A stretch of 64,000 bases of DNA from Candidatus Portnoybacteria bacterium (GCA_028688325.1 JAQTYI010000002.1:161284-225283), one strand, 5' to 3'. Shown: positions 28,948 through 39,020, numbered from the stretch's first letter. The notes: a model not told the origin generated them from the letters alone. Program-made: numbers and translations.

Positions 28948-29466
28948 ATGAAAAAACTAATCATCAAATTTGTCTCTTTATTCGTTGCTTTGTCGTTTTT
29001 GGCCATGCCGGTCCTGGCAGCCGAAACAACAGGCGCCAACAAAACCCCAAAACCAACCACGGCTTCAACCGCAAAGGTAAGGGCCGAAAACGCCAAAATA
29101 GAAAGGGAGACAAAAAAAGCAGCCCTTAAGGCCTATAATAATGCCTTAAACGCCGCCCGCAAAACTTATACCGAGGCGATAAAAACAGCCAATCAAAATT
29201 ATAACAGCGCGGTAAGAACAATTAATGAGGCCTATAAAACAACGGTTAAAAGCGCGCAAACAACATTAAAAGACGCGACAAAAGCCGCTAAAGAAAAAAA
29301 TGATGCGGCAGCCAGAAAGACCGCTAACCAGGCCTACAAAGACGCGATCGGCGCGGCCCAACAAAAAAGAAAAGATGCCCTGAAATCAGCCATTGAAACA
29401 ATGAAGAACGCCAAAAAAACCGCCTTGGAGGCATTCAATAACGCCAAAAACAGCTTGAAAAAATAA
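28948..29466 (+). CDS. Secreted Ala/Lys-rich alpha-helical protein
   Basis: Signal peptide ending VLA-A; 11-residue Y..A periodicity. Confidence 0.8.
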   Translation: MKKLIIKFVSLFVALSFLAMPVLAAETTGANKTPKPTTASTAKVRAENAKIERETKKAALKAYNNALNAARKTYTEAIKTANQNYNSAVRTINEAYKTTVKSAQTTLKDATKAAKEKNDAAARKTANQAYKDAIGAAQQKRKDALKSAIETMKNAKKTALEAFNNAKNSLKK

Positions 29467-29471
29467 ATTCC

Positions 29472-29546
29472 CTTTATAAAAATCACCCCGCAAAATGCCC
29501 GCTTCGCTTTCGCGAAGGCGAGGCGAGCGGGGTGATTTTTATAAAG
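29472..29546. terminator. Long hairpin between convergent genes with a repeat element in its loop
   Basis: CTTTATAAAAATCACCCCGC / GCGGGGTGATTTTTATAAAG 20-bp stem. Confidence 0.7.
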
Positions 29547-29557
29547 CGGAAGATTGC

Positions 29558-31327
29558 TCAATTTTTCCGGCCTGACAGACGATAAATTTCCACCGGAATC
29601 TCTTTTCCCTTAACATTAACTTTGTCCAAATATGGGCAATTAAATTTATCCGCCACTTTATCGCGGGTAAACCGGCTCACAATAATGTTTGTACCATATT
29701 CTTTATTTAATCCCTCAAGGCGGGCCGCCAGATTAACATTATCGCCGATCACCGTATAGTTGAAACGGGTTGACGATCCCATATTTCCCACCAGCATCTG
29801 GCCGGAATTTATTCCAATGCCGATATTAAGATCCGGCAAACCGCGGCGCAGCCAATCGCCCTTTAAAACAGTTAACCGCTCAATCATTTTTAGCGCCGCG
29901 TCGCAGGCCAAAAAAGCGTGGTCGGGAATCTCGCGCGGCGCTCCCCAAAAAGCCATGATGGCGTCCCCGATGAATTTATCCAGCACGCCGCCCGACTTTA
30001 AAATTATTTCGGTCATGGCGGTAAAATATTCGTTCAACAAGGACACCATTATTTCCGGATCAGTTTTTTCCGACAAAGAAGTAAAGCCACGAATATCGGA
30101 AAAAAGAACCGTCATCTCCTTTTTTTGGCCGCCCAGCTTCAGTTTGGCCGGATCCTGAATAATTTGTTCTATAACGCCGGGTTCAAGATAAAACTGGAAG
30201 CTTTTACGCAAATAATCCTTTTCCCGGCTTTCGGCCAAATAGTTAAAAACCAAAACAACCATCAAAGAAGCGAAAAAAGCCAGCGTCGGATGCGTTAAAT
30301 TAAAAATTATTCCCCGCTCAAAAAATAATAAAGCCGCACCCAGATAAATCAGCCAAAAAAATAAACCGGCCGCCAGCGCCACCCAGATTTTTTTAAAAAA
30401 ATAAAAGCTTAACGCGTTAAAAAGACACAGCGCAAAAATAACCGGCCAAACCCCGGCCGCGCCAATTTCACGAAGATAGCGCCGGTTTAAAATCGTATCC
30501 AGGGCGTTGGCATGAATTTCAATGCCGGCCATGGCCCTGCCCAAAGAGAAAGGCGTCATTTGCGCGTCATGCAAATCCGCGCTGGTCGCGCCCACTAACA
30601 CAATTTTATCTTTCAAGGCCTCGGCCGGAGTTTGGCCGGAAAAAATATCAACGAAGGAAACTGTTTTAAAAGAACCAGGCAGGCCGACATAATTTATCCT
30701 CAAAGATTGGCCGGCCCCGGCAATAACTTCGGACGCCTTGGGTCCGCCGGCCAGCTCGCTCAAAGACAAAGACAGGGCCGGAATTTGCCTGCCGCTAAAA
30801 TTTATAAAAACAGGCAAACGCCGCACCAGGCCGTCATCATCGGACAAAACATTAACATGCGCTTGCTTGGCGGCATTGTCTAAAAAAACTTTTAACGGCT
30901 CAATTAAGTTGGCGGCCGCTGCCGGCTGATTTTTTTTAATTTCCAACGGCTGGCCCTCCAACGGTAAAACCACTTTAAGGCGCCTCAAAGCATTGCTGAA
31001 GCTCTGATCGTCCGGCGCGCCAAATTTTGACGGTTCGCTGAAAATGACATCGTAGCCGACCGCCTTGGGAGCGGCTAAAGCCAAATTATTTAAAAACTGG
31101 GCGTGCACCGCGCGCGGCCATGGCCACTGCCCGATAGCAGCCAAACTTTTATCATCAATAGCCGCCAGTAAAATTTCGCCGGATGGCTGGCGCTTCAAAA
31201 AAAGCTTATCATTGAGCTTAGCCTGCCAGGTGCCAAAAATTCCTAGCCAAAAAGCAACGCCAAAAAATAAAGCGACAAACAAGCTTAAAAAAACGCTGAT
31301 TAAAAATCTTTTGAGCCGAGGCGTCAT
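29558..31327 (-). CDS. CHASE2-domain class III adenylate/guanylate cyclase
   Basis: IDD.SL..IGQWPWPR, D.DG.VRR, G.EIHA; FSDIRGFT, DKFIGDAIMAFWGAP, GD.VNLAARLEG.NK, VKGK. Confidence 0.93.
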   Translation of the reverse strand: MTPRLKRFLISVFLSLFVALFFGVAFWLGIFGTWQAKLNDKLFLKRQPSGEILLAAIDDKSLAAIGQWPWPRAVHAQFLNNLALAAPKAVGYDVIFSEPSKFGAPDDQSFSNALRRLKVVLPLEGQPLEIKKNQPAAAANLIEPLKVFLDNAAKQAHVNVLSDDDGLVRRLPVFINFSGRQIPALSLSLSELAGGPKASEVIAGAGQSLRINYVGLPGSFKTVSFVDIFSGQTPAEALKDKIVLVGATSADLHDAQMTPFSLGRAMAGIEIHANALDTILNRRYLREIGAAGVWPVIFALCLFNALSFYFFKKIWVALAAGLFFWLIYLGAALLFFERGIIFNLTHPTLAFFASLMVVLVFNYLAESREKDYLRKSFQFYLEPGVIEQIIQDPAKLKLGGQKKEMTVLFSDIRGFTSLSEKTDPEIMVSLLNEYFTAMTEIILKSGGVLDKFIGDAIMAFWGAPREIPDHAFLACDAALKMIERLTVLKGDWLRRGLPDLNIGIGINSGQMLVGNMGSSTRFNYTVIGDNVNLAARLEGLNKEYGTNIIVSRFTRDKVADKFNCPYLDKVNVKGKEIPVEIYRLSGRKN

Positions 31328-32553
31328 TTTGGCTTGTAAACATTAAAGGCCTTTGGCAAAACAACTTTTTGTCCTTCACAATCAACGGAGATATCATAGA
31401 CCTCCGGCGCGATATCCGCGCCCAATGTTCCCTCCAAAACAGCGACGCTGACTAATTTCATATTCTGCAAGGCGCGAGAACCTAAAAACGCCTGGCAACC
31501 TGAAGAAAAACCGGCGCCATTAATGGTTAAACGGGCATATTGATAACCATTACCCGGCGCGGCGACCGGCGACACGCCGATTATAGCTAATCTTTGTTTA
31601 ATGTCCAACGAAGAAACCGGAGCGGGTTTTGGCGCCCTGGTTGGCTTGTTTGAAACGACAGGACTAACGCTGGCTGACGGCGCGGCCGAAGTTGAAACAG
31701 ACGGCTGTGCGTCAGCCGATTTATTTTTTAACAGGTCTTTTTTTAAAGTTGTTTTAATATTCAGCAAAACAACCGCCGGCAGAATTTCTTTAAGCTGACT
31801 CCGGGAAATGCTGTTGCCAAAATTTGCCAGCGCTCCGTCAATTTTTTTATCATTCTTTAAATTTTCCTGATACCATGGTTGCTGCAAGTCCTGCGGAGCA
31901 ATGGTTTGCGGCGCCAATGGTTTTTGCGCGGAAGGCAAATCAGCGCTGTCTATCTGGACAAAATTGCCCGCCTCAATGTCCGTTTGGCCGCCGGGCAAGG
32001 CCTGGCCGGTCTGGCTATCGATCGCCGCCACCGAAATCTTGCTGTCTAAAACGCTCACTTTTGTCTGATTATTGAGCCGGGAGACATTAAACACCGTCCC
32101 CCTCACCACCGCCACCGTGTTTGAGGTCCTAACTTCATATTCATTGGCAACATCCAACAAACGCTGCACGCGCGACCATAAATTGCCGCTGTTTAAATAA
32201 AGCTTAATTTTAATATTTTGCTTCAAGGACTGGTAATCGTTCAGATCAACCGAAGTGGCGCCGTTCAAGCGCGCCACGCTGCCGCTGGAAAAAATAATAT
32301 TGGCCTGGCCGTCAGCCAAGGTCTCCACCTTGGCGCCTTTGGCGATTTCCTGGCTGGCCGGCGCGGTTAAAACCTTTTCTTGCCCCTCCATGGTTATTTT
32401 GGCCTGGCCTTGGATTACTTCCACCACCACGCTGTCGTTGGCCAAAACCTCCAATGCGCCAAACGACAAATTTTTATTGTTCAAAAAAAGGGCTGCTCCG
32501 GCTACCGATAAAATCAGAATCGCGATACCGGCTAATAAAATTATTTTTTTCAT
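31324..32553 (-). CDS. FecR-domain protein with Pro/Ser linker and IPT/TIG-like C-terminus
   Basis: G..V.T..DG.A.I.F..GS..RL...T, YEV.T.NTVA.VRGT.F.V. Confidence 0.8.
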   Translation of the reverse strand: MKKIILLAGIAILILSVAGAALFLNNKNLSFGALEVLANDSVVVEVIQGQAKITMEGQEKVLTAPASQEIAKGAKVETLADGQANIIFSSGSVARLNGATSVDLNDYQSLKQNIKIKLYLNSGNLWSRVQRLLDVANEYEVRTSNTVAVVRGTVFNVSRLNNQTKVSVLDSKISVAAIDSQTGQALPGGQTDIEAGNFVQIDSADLPSAQKPLAPQTIAPQDLQQPWYQENLKNDKKIDGALANFGNSISRSQLKEILPAVVLLNIKTTLKKDLLKNKSADAQPSVSTSAAPSASVSPVVSNKPTRAPKPAPVSSLDIKQRLAIIGVSPVAAPGNGYQYARLTINGAGFSSGCQAFLGSRALQNMKLVSVAVLEGTLGADIAPEVYDISVDCEGQKVVLPKAFNVYKPK

Positions 32554-32588
32554 ATCAAAAATTTATTATTAAATTATAATCCAAATTA

Positions 32589-33311
32589 TTAAATAAACTT
32601 GCTTATCAACAAAATAAATCCCACGCCAAGCAGCATCATAAAACCGTTTTTCCAATTATGCTCTTTGTGGGTAAGGGGCACCAGGTCCGAAGCGCTGATA
32701 TAAATAAAAGCTCCGGCCGCGCCCGCCAGCAGCAGGCCCAGAGTTTGGCCGGCCAGCTGAGCTGTAAAAAAATACGCCAGCATAGCGCCAAGCGGCGTGG
32801 CCAACGCCACAAGCCAAGAAAAAAATAACGCCTTGCTTTGGGAAAAACGCCCGCCCAGCAATAGAACATAAAGGCAGCTGCCTTCGGAAATTTTATGGAA
32901 GACGATCGCCAAAGAAGCCAAAAGGCCGACATTAAAACCGGCCTGGAACGCGATGCCGATTGTTAGCCCGTCAATTAACGAATGGAAGCCGATGCCAAAA
33001 AGTCCCATGTGTCCAAGCGAGTGTGTTTCGCAACCCTCTTCGTAGCAGGCATGAATTATTATCACCTGTTCTATCAGATAGAAAAAAATTATCGCGCCCA
33101 GCGCCCCGTACGGCCAAAGCGCCGTTGTTTGCGCGGCTTCGGGCAGCAAATGCAAAAAAGCGTTGGCCATTAAAACTCCCACCGCAAAACTCACAAATAA
33201 AACCAAGCTTTTTTTAGCCCGAGCGCCAAAAAAATAAACCAGATAAACGCCGCCCATAGCCGCCAAACCGGCGACGAAACTGTAGATTAAAATACTTAAA
33301 AAAATATTCAT
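32589..33311 (-). CDS. ZIP family metal transporter
   Basis: SFAVGVL...AFLHLLPEA, HSLIDG, HKISEG, F.YI.ASDL.P. Confidence 0.92.
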   Translation of the reverse strand: MNIFLSILIYSFVAGLAAMGGVYLVYFFGARAKKSLVLFVSFAVGVLMANAFLHLLPEAAQTTALWPYGALGAIIFFYLIEQVIIIHACYEEGCETHSLGHMGLFGIGFHSLIDGLTIGIAFQAGFNVGLLASLAIVFHKISEGSCLYVLLLGGRFSQSKALFFSWLVALATPLGAMLAYFFTAQLAGQTLGLLLAGAAGAFIYISASDLVPLTHKEHNWKNGFMMLLGVGFILLISKFI

Positions 33312-34171
33312 AATCCTTGTTTTTCGACCAATATCGCCGCGCCGAGCGCCCCGCCGAATTGACCGAGTTCACTCAATAAAATTTGCGTTTTTTTGGCAGC
33401 CGGCGAAACAACGAATTTGTCAACGCCTTCTTCAATGCCCGGCCAAAGCATTCCGGCGGTCGCGCTTATTCCCCCATTTATGATTATGGCTTCGGGATCA
33501 AAAATATTGATGATATTGGCGATGCCTACCCCCAAATTTTTGCCCAGATGAGTAAAAGCCGCCTCCGCTTTTTTGTCGCCGCCGCGCCGCCTTTGTTCCG
33601 CTTCGGCCGAACCGACGCCCAAAATATTTTTAATGAATTTATTGGCGCCCAATTCCTCCCAGCCGGTATATTTTTCCATATCCATTATCATATGCCCCGC
33701 TTCGCCGGCCGCGCCGTGTGAACCGGCCACAATCTGCCCGTTTATCATAAAAGCTCCGCCGATACCCGAACCCAGCGTCAGATAAAAAACATTCTTCATA
33801 TTTTTAGCCAAACCGGCTTCTTTCTCCGCCAGTAAAAAACAATGCGCATCGTGCTCGATTTTTAGCCGATGACCGCGGAACCTTCCTTCCAGCAATTCCT
33901 TGACGGGCTGGCCGTTCAAATATTTGATATTGGGGCTGTTCAGCATTATTTTACGCTCCAAGTCCATAGCCCCGGCCAAACCAAAACCCACGCCGCCGAT
34001 TTCCTCGTGGCCGAGTCCGGCAATGAGCTCTGTATGCATTTTTATCAGCGCCAGCAATAAATTTTCCAGATCGCCCGGCAAGTCGCGAACGCCGCTTTTT
34101 ATTATCTGGCGATCCCTGGCCAGCACGGCTTTGATGCTGGACGCACCGATGTCGAAACCGATGTAATACAT
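33308..34171 (-). CDS. ROK family sugar kinase (glucokinase-like)
   Basis: IGFDIGAS, EHDA, LTLGSGIGG, G..G.AGE.GH, G.LGAA. Confidence 0.9.
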   Translation of the reverse strand: MYYIGFDIGASSIKAVLARDRQIIKSGVRDLPGDLENLLLALIKMHTELIAGLGHEEIGGVGFGLAGAMDLERKIMLNSPNIKYLNGQPVKELLEGRFRGHRLKIEHDAHCFLLAEKEAGLAKNMKNVFYLTLGSGIGGAFMINGQIVAGSHGAAGEAGHMIMDMEKYTGWEELGANKFIKNILGVGSAEAEQRRRGGDKKAEAAFTHLGKNLGVGIANIINIFDPEAIIINGGISATAGMLWPGIEEGVDKFVVSPAAKKTQILLSELGQFGGALGAAILVEKQGL

Positions 34172-34174
34172 AAA

Positions 34175-34285
34175 AATGTCTAAATCCTAATGTCTAATGA
34201 CAAATGGAAATCTTAATGCCAAACGCAAAATTTAGAGGCATTGGTCATTTCATTAAACATTAGTCATTGGAGCTTTGGCATTAAT
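34175..34285. repeat. Inverted heptamer-repeat module (AATGTCT/AATGACA and GTCATT/GGCATT)
   Basis: AATGTCTAAATCCTAATGTCTAATGACAAAT...CATTGGTCATTTCATTAAACATTAGTCATTGG. Confidence 0.7.
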
Positions 34286-34300
34286 AATAAAATTATTCGA

Positions 34301-35275
34301 TTAATAATTTATCAGCTCCTTAACTCTGTCCCAATATTCCGGGTGCCCCTGCTGCTTTAAATAATACCACCATTCCGCTCCCCAAAAATAGTACTCCGAA
34401 AATCCCGTCTGGCGAGCATAATCGATCGTCGCGTTAAATTCGGGCAAGGGCATAAGATTTAGCTGCTCGGAAACGGGAATTTCATAAATTTGCTTATGCG
34501 TCCATGGCTCGCCTTGCAATTCGATGACCATAAACGGCTTTTGCCGGCCCACGAACAAGCGCGCCAATCTTTCTTTGACACGGAAAAAGCTCGGTGGGAT
34601 CGGATATTTGTAAGAACCCAAATACTGATTCCAAACCCAGCGATACATTGTTGTGCCGAAAATATCGGCCCGGCCGGCGGCCGGCACCCAAATACTGAGT
34701 TCACCGCTATCCGTGATAACTATGGGCCGGGCGTCTAGTTTTTTGACTAACGCTATTTCCTTATCCAGAAATTGCGCATCCGATTTGGGGCATTCGCCAA
34801 AAGGCAAAAACGGCTCGTTTTCCACTTGCCAAGCAGCAATAGACGAATTACCTTTATACCGATTAACCGTGGCTTCAATATATTTTAAAAGCATATTTTG
34901 CCTGTTATTGGCGGCCCAATCGGGAATATGGCATTCGGGCCAGCGCGGCAGCTTAGATCCCACGGCCATAATTATCCGCACCTTGCGCTTTTGGGCCTCT
35001 GCGACCTGCCAATCAAGTTTGGAATAATCGAATTTTCCCTCTTGCGGCTCAACTTCGGTCCAATGCGCCACCAGCCGAATTTTTCTGACCTTTAGATCGT
35101 CCAAAATTTCCGTAAAGGCCTTTTGCCAATCAAGCCCGAGTTTTATCGCAAAATCGTCATCGAAAGTCGCGGCCCAAACGATTTTCCTGTTTGGGTCAGC
35201 GGTCTGCCGACCCAAAAATGCCAAGCCCGCGGTCGACAGCAGAACAATTATTAAAAATATGTAGCGTTTTTTCAT
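34301..35275 (-). CDS. Membrane-anchored clan GH-A glycoside hydrolase (GH5/GH42-like)
   Basis: W..VEP.EG.FD...LDW, WQVENEP (acid/base), VIELQGEPW (nucleophile region). Confidence 0.8.
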   Translation of the reverse strand: MKKRYIFLIIVLLSTAGLAFLGRQTADPNRKIVWAATFDDDFAIKLGLDWQKAFTEILDDLKVRKIRLVAHWTEVEPQEGKFDYSKLDWQVAEAQKRKVRIIMAVGSKLPRWPECHIPDWAANNRQNMLLKYIEATVNRYKGNSSIAAWQVENEPFLPFGECPKSDAQFLDKEIALVKKLDARPIVITDSGELSIWVPAAGRADIFGTTMYRWVWNQYLGSYKYPIPPSFFRVKERLARLFVGRQKPFMVIELQGEPWTHKQIYEIPVSEQLNLMPLPEFNATIDYARQTGFSEYYFWGAEWWYYLKQQGHPEYWDRVKELINY

Positions 35276-35403
35276 ACCAGGCAGTGAAAATTCGATTGAA
35301 TAAATTTATTTTTTACCAAGCCAAGCAATAATTATTAAAAAGGATTACTCGTAAAAATGATACCATCGGACTGAAATACCCCATCGAATTTCTACTGCCT
35401 GGT
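35276..35403. mobile_element. MITE-like element with about 21-bp imperfect terminal inverted repeats
   Basis: ACCAGGCAGTGAAAATTCGAT ... ATCGAATTTCTACTGCCTGGT with an AT-rich interior. Confidence 0.55.
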
Positions 35404-36302
35404 TATAAAGCTATCAAAGCCAAGCCCAAACAGATGAAAAATATCGCTGCGATCTTTTGCGCGATAATCGCCCCGTTCAGCTTTTCGCGCAAAATATTGG
35501 GGAATTTACTGGAAAGCAAGATCGTCAGAAAAAATAAAAATGCGTATTCCGAACCCTGCAAAGCGTTAACCAGAGAAACATTGCCTTTGGCGATAGCCAA
35601 GCTGATGAAAAAAGAACCCAGCCCCGCCACAATCTTGCTGCCCAGCATCAGAAAATCAACGCCGGCCGAAGCCTCGCGCGCCGAGCCGAAAATCGTCTTG
35701 CGCCAAGCAGGATTGAGCAAAATGACCAGCGCCGCCAGAACCAGCCCCATACGCGACCAAACAAAACCAGTGATAAAATCCTGGTAAATAAAAAGATGTT
35801 TCAGCATCACGAAATACGCCGCGTGCAAAATTATGGTCAGAGCAAAAAACCACCAGCCCTTGAGGCGCTCCCGAAAACCATCTTTGCCCTTTTCAAGAGA
35901 GATCAAAAAACCGCCCAGCGTTAAGACAAGAAAAGCCGCTAACTGCATCTTTCCCAATTCTTCTCCCAAAAATAAATACGAAAAAAATAAAACGAATATC
36001 GGCGTGAGCCCGCCGAAAAATGACGCTGTGCGCGAGGCCTCGTTGATATCCAAAGCATGATAAAAAGACCATAACGAGCCGAAAAAGACCAGACCAGTCA
36101 ATAAATCAAAAGCTATCCAGCCCCAACCCGGCCAATGCAGGCCGAAAGGCGCCAATATAAAAGTTATAATACTGAAGAGGCACACCCAAAAAGTGAAGAC
36201 CAGGGGTTTGGTGGTAGCGCGCTGGCGCAGCAAGAATTTATTGCTGACGGTAGTCAGAGAGTACAGAAAATAACCGAGTACGGCAAAAATTATCCAAGTC
36301 AT
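35403..36302 (-). CDS. EamA/DMT family transporter
   Basis: About 10 TM helices in two repeats; P.FV...SY.FLGE.L. Confidence 0.85.
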   Translation of the reverse strand: MTWIIFAVLGYFLYSLTTVSNKFLLRQRATTKPLVFTFWVCLFSIITFILAPFGLHWPGWGWIAFDLLTGLVFFGSLWSFYHALDINEASRTASFFGGLTPIFVLFFSYLFLGEELGKMQLAAFLVLTLGGFLISLEKGKDGFRERLKGWWFFALTIILHAAYFVMLKHLFIYQDFITGFVWSRMGLVLAALVILLNPAWRKTIFGSAREASAGVDFLMLGSKIVAGLGSFFISLAIAKGNVSLVNALQGSEYAFLFFLTILLSSKFPNILREKLNGAIIAQKIAAIFFICLGLALIAL

Positions 36303-37495
36303 ATGATCAATTTATTTTCTTTACATATTTTAGCATATTCCAGGGCGCTGGGCCGAACCTTGCGTTCCAGATTTTTATAATCTATCTCCACCAACCCAAA
36401 CCGCGGCCAAAAACCCTTGTCCCACTCGAAATTATCCAGCAGCGACCAATAAAAATATCCGCGCACATCCGCGCCGCCGTCCATCGCTTTTTTCATTGCT
36501 TTAATGTATTCTTTGATGAAATTACCCCGCCTGTCATCTTTGGCGTCGGCGATGCCATTTTCCAGAACATAAAGAGGTTTTTCGTAACGGCCGGCATCTT
36601 TTAAAACTTCACTAAATCCTTTCGCATCTATAGGCCAGCCCATATCCGAATATTCCTTGGCCTCCCCATCTGATTTATAGTAATTGATGCCGATAAAATC
36701 CTGGTGTTGCCTGATGGAATTTAAAAAGAAAAAATTGTAGACATAATTTTTGATACCCGCGCCAAAACCGGTAAAATGCATCATATTTTGCGCCACGCCG
36801 ATTTGCGCGGCCGGATGCATTTTTTTCATGGATCCGTAAACGGCGATATGCGCTCGCGACAAGTGATGGTTGGCGCACAAATATTTGATCAACGATTTTT
36901 TTCCCGGCGGCCAGATGCCTTTAAAATAACTATGGCCCGCGTAAACATTGGTTTCATTCAAGGTTATCCAAAACTTCACTTCGCCGCCCAGCGTTTCAGC
37001 CATTTTATCTGCGTAGCGCGCAAAATATCCGATGGTTTTTTTATTTTTCCAACCGCCAATATCGCGAATCCATAGCGGCAAGGTCCAATGCCACAGCGTC
37101 ACAAACGGCTCCATTCCCTTCTCGCGCAAGGATTTTATAACTTCTCGATAATGCTCAATTTCTTTTTCATCAAATTTCCCCTCTTCCGGCTCGATGCGGC
37201 TCCATTCAATGGAAAAACGGTGGGCGTTATGGCCCAGCGATTTGGCAATATCAAAATCTTCGTTGAAACGATTGTAATGATCGCAGGCCCCGCCCGAAAT
37301 ATAATTTTCTTCCTGCAAGGGATTGGGATAGCTTTTCAAAATAAAATCCGGCCAGGCCTTTTGACTGGCGTTTCGCGCGAGGCGCTCTGCGTTTTTCTTT
37401 TCCCACTCGCTCCAATCATTGATATTGCCGCCCTCAACCTGATGGGAGCTCGTCGCCGCACCCCATAAAAATCTTTTGGGAAATTTCAGTTCCAT
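36299..37495 (-). CDS. Glycoside hydrolase family 1 (beta-glucosidase)
   Basis: FLWGAATSSHQVEG, RFSIEWSRI, TLNE, LENG, WSLLDNFEW..G...RFGL. Confidence 0.95.
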   Translation of the reverse strand: MELKFPKRFLWGAATSSHQVEGGNINDWSEWEKKNAERLARNASQKAWPDFILKSYPNPLQEENYISGGACDHYNRFNEDFDIAKSLGHNAHRFSIEWSRIEPEEGKFDEKEIEHYREVIKSLREKGMEPFVTLWHWTLPLWIRDIGGWKNKKTIGYFARYADKMAETLGGEVKFWITLNETNVYAGHSYFKGIWPPGKKSLIKYLCANHHLSRAHIAVYGSMKKMHPAAQIGVAQNMMHFTGFGAGIKNYVYNFFFLNSIRQHQDFIGINYYKSDGEAKEYSDMGWPIDAKGFSEVLKDAGRYEKPLYVLENGIADAKDDRRGNFIKEYIKAMKKAMDGGADVRGYFYWSLLDNFEWDKGFWPRFGLVEIDYKNLERKVRPSALEYAKICKENKLII

Positions 37496-37512
37496 ATATT
37501 TACATTATACCA

Positions 37513-38559
37513 TTATTCCATTAAAGCCACCTGTCCGTCGGTTTGCAAATACACTTGCTTTTCTTCAAAATTAAATTGTTTCGTAGTGCCGTTAATTTTT
37601 AAGATAACGGCCAAGCCCCGCCTAACCGTTTCGCTGAAATACTGGTCAAAAACGAAATTGCCGAGCGAATAATATATTTTCTTGCTCTGATATTCTTCCG
37701 CGTTCTGAATTACATGAGGATGCGAACCAATGACCAAATCCGCGCCCGCGTCGATAAATTCATGCGCCAAGTTTTTTATGGCGCTATTGGCCTCACCGTC
37801 ATATTCTGTTCCCCAATGCGTGTATACTATAACGACATTCGCCCGTACTTTAATTTTTTTTATTTCTTCAACTGTTGCCGCCTGTTCGCTCGCCGTGTTG
37901 CCGATAAATTGATTATAATTTACAAAAGCAATTTTTACGCCTTTTATGTTTTTTACGACACTTTTTATATTTGGCAAAACCGAACTCGGTCCGGCGGGCT
38001 CGCCAAAATACTCCACGCCTGCGCCGCTTAGATATTGCTTGGTCGCGTCCAGTCCCGCTTGGTTAAAATTTAAAATATGGTTATTGCCCAAGCTAACCAG
38101 CCGGATGTTATTATTGAATAAAGCGATAGCTAAACTTCGGTCAAAAGTAAAAATATAATTGTTGGGGTTGCCCGGCAAGCTGCTAATGCTGACGGACCGG
38201 TTATCGGTTATTGGGCCTTCTAAATTTGCGACAACAAGGTCGTGGCCGGCCAGTAGATCGGTTATCTTGGCAAAAATAAAATCATTGCCGTTCTTTGCGG
38301 CCGCCTGCCGGATAGAACGGTCGAACATCAAATCTCCCAAAAATAGAAGCTTTATTTCTTCGGCCGAAGCCGCGGACGGCTCAGCCGACGGACCGGCCGG
38401 AGCCCCAATGGCCACCGGCTTGTCTTCTTTAAAATAAAAAAAAGCCGCGCCAAGCTGCGGCCTTAATATCAATATAGCGCCGGCTGCCGCGATAAACAGC
38501 CCGCAAATAAATATCCGTAAAAACTTTATATCGCCGAATAAAATTTTTATCCTATCCAT
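37513..38559 (-). CDS. CapA family (poly-gamma-glutamate synthesis-like metallophosphatase) protein
   Basis: GDLM, ANLEGP, LGNNH, HWG.EY, GSHPHV, YSLGNFVFDQ. Confidence 0.92.
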   Translation of the reverse strand: MDRIKILFGDIKFLRIFICGLFIAAAGAILILRPQLGAAFFYFKEDKPVAIGAPAGPSAEPSAASAEEIKLLFLGDLMFDRSIRQAAAKNGNDFIFAKITDLLAGHDLVVANLEGPITDNRSVSISSLPGNPNNYIFTFDRSLAIALFNNNIRLVSLGNNHILNFNQAGLDATKQYLSGAGVEYFGEPAGPSSVLPNIKSVVKNIKGVKIAFVNYNQFIGNTASEQAATVEEIKKIKVRANVVIVYTHWGTEYDGEANSAIKNLAHEFIDAGADLVIGSHPHVIQNAEEYQSKKIYYSLGNFVFDQYFSETVRRGLAVILKINGTTKQFNFEEKQVYLQTDGQVALME

Positions 38560-38562
38560 TTT

Positions 38563-38961
38563 TTATTCGCTTGTCCGGCCGTCAAATTCCGGCGAGTCGG
38601 TTTCTGCCTTCGCCTTGGTGGCGCGGACAACGCCGTCTTTATGATGGGCCGGAGAATAGATAGTATAAAGTTTCAGGTCATCGGTCTCGGAAACATTGAT
38701 GACATTATGCTGGGCGCCCGCCGGAACAACAATGGCCGAGCCGTCCGCCAAGTCGTATTCGTTGCCGTCGATAATGCATTTGCCCTGACCCTTCTCAAAC
38801 CTAAAAAATTGGTCGTTATCAGTATGAACTTCCATGCCTATTTCCTCTTTGGGCTTTAGACACATCAGCACCAGCTGGCTGTGCTTGCCAGTATATAAGA
38901 CCTGGCGGAAATTGGCATTTCCCAAGGCCGCTTTTTCAATATTGTCAAAAAATCCGTGCAT
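38563..38961 (-). CDS. Cupin domain protein
   Basis: EIG.EVH...DQFFR.E.G.G, VPAG..HNV.N, LKLYTIYSP.HH. Confidence 0.9.
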   Translation of the reverse strand: MHGFFDNIEKAALGNANFRQVLYTGKHSQLVLMCLKPKEEIGMEVHTDNDQFFRFEKGQGKCIIDGNEYDLADGSAIVVPAGAQHNVINVSETDDLKLYTIYSPAHHKDGVVRATKAKAETDSPEFDGRTSE

Positions 38962-38990
38962 AGGTTTTTATTATTATATTATTAGTACTT

Positions 38991-39020
38991 TGTCATCCCG
39001 GGCTTGACCCGGGATCCAGG
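38991..39020. repeat. TGTCAT-family half element
   Basis: TGTCATCCCGGGCTTGACCCGGGATCCAG; matches the start of 63124 and the reverse complement of 43306-43334. Confidence 0.85.
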
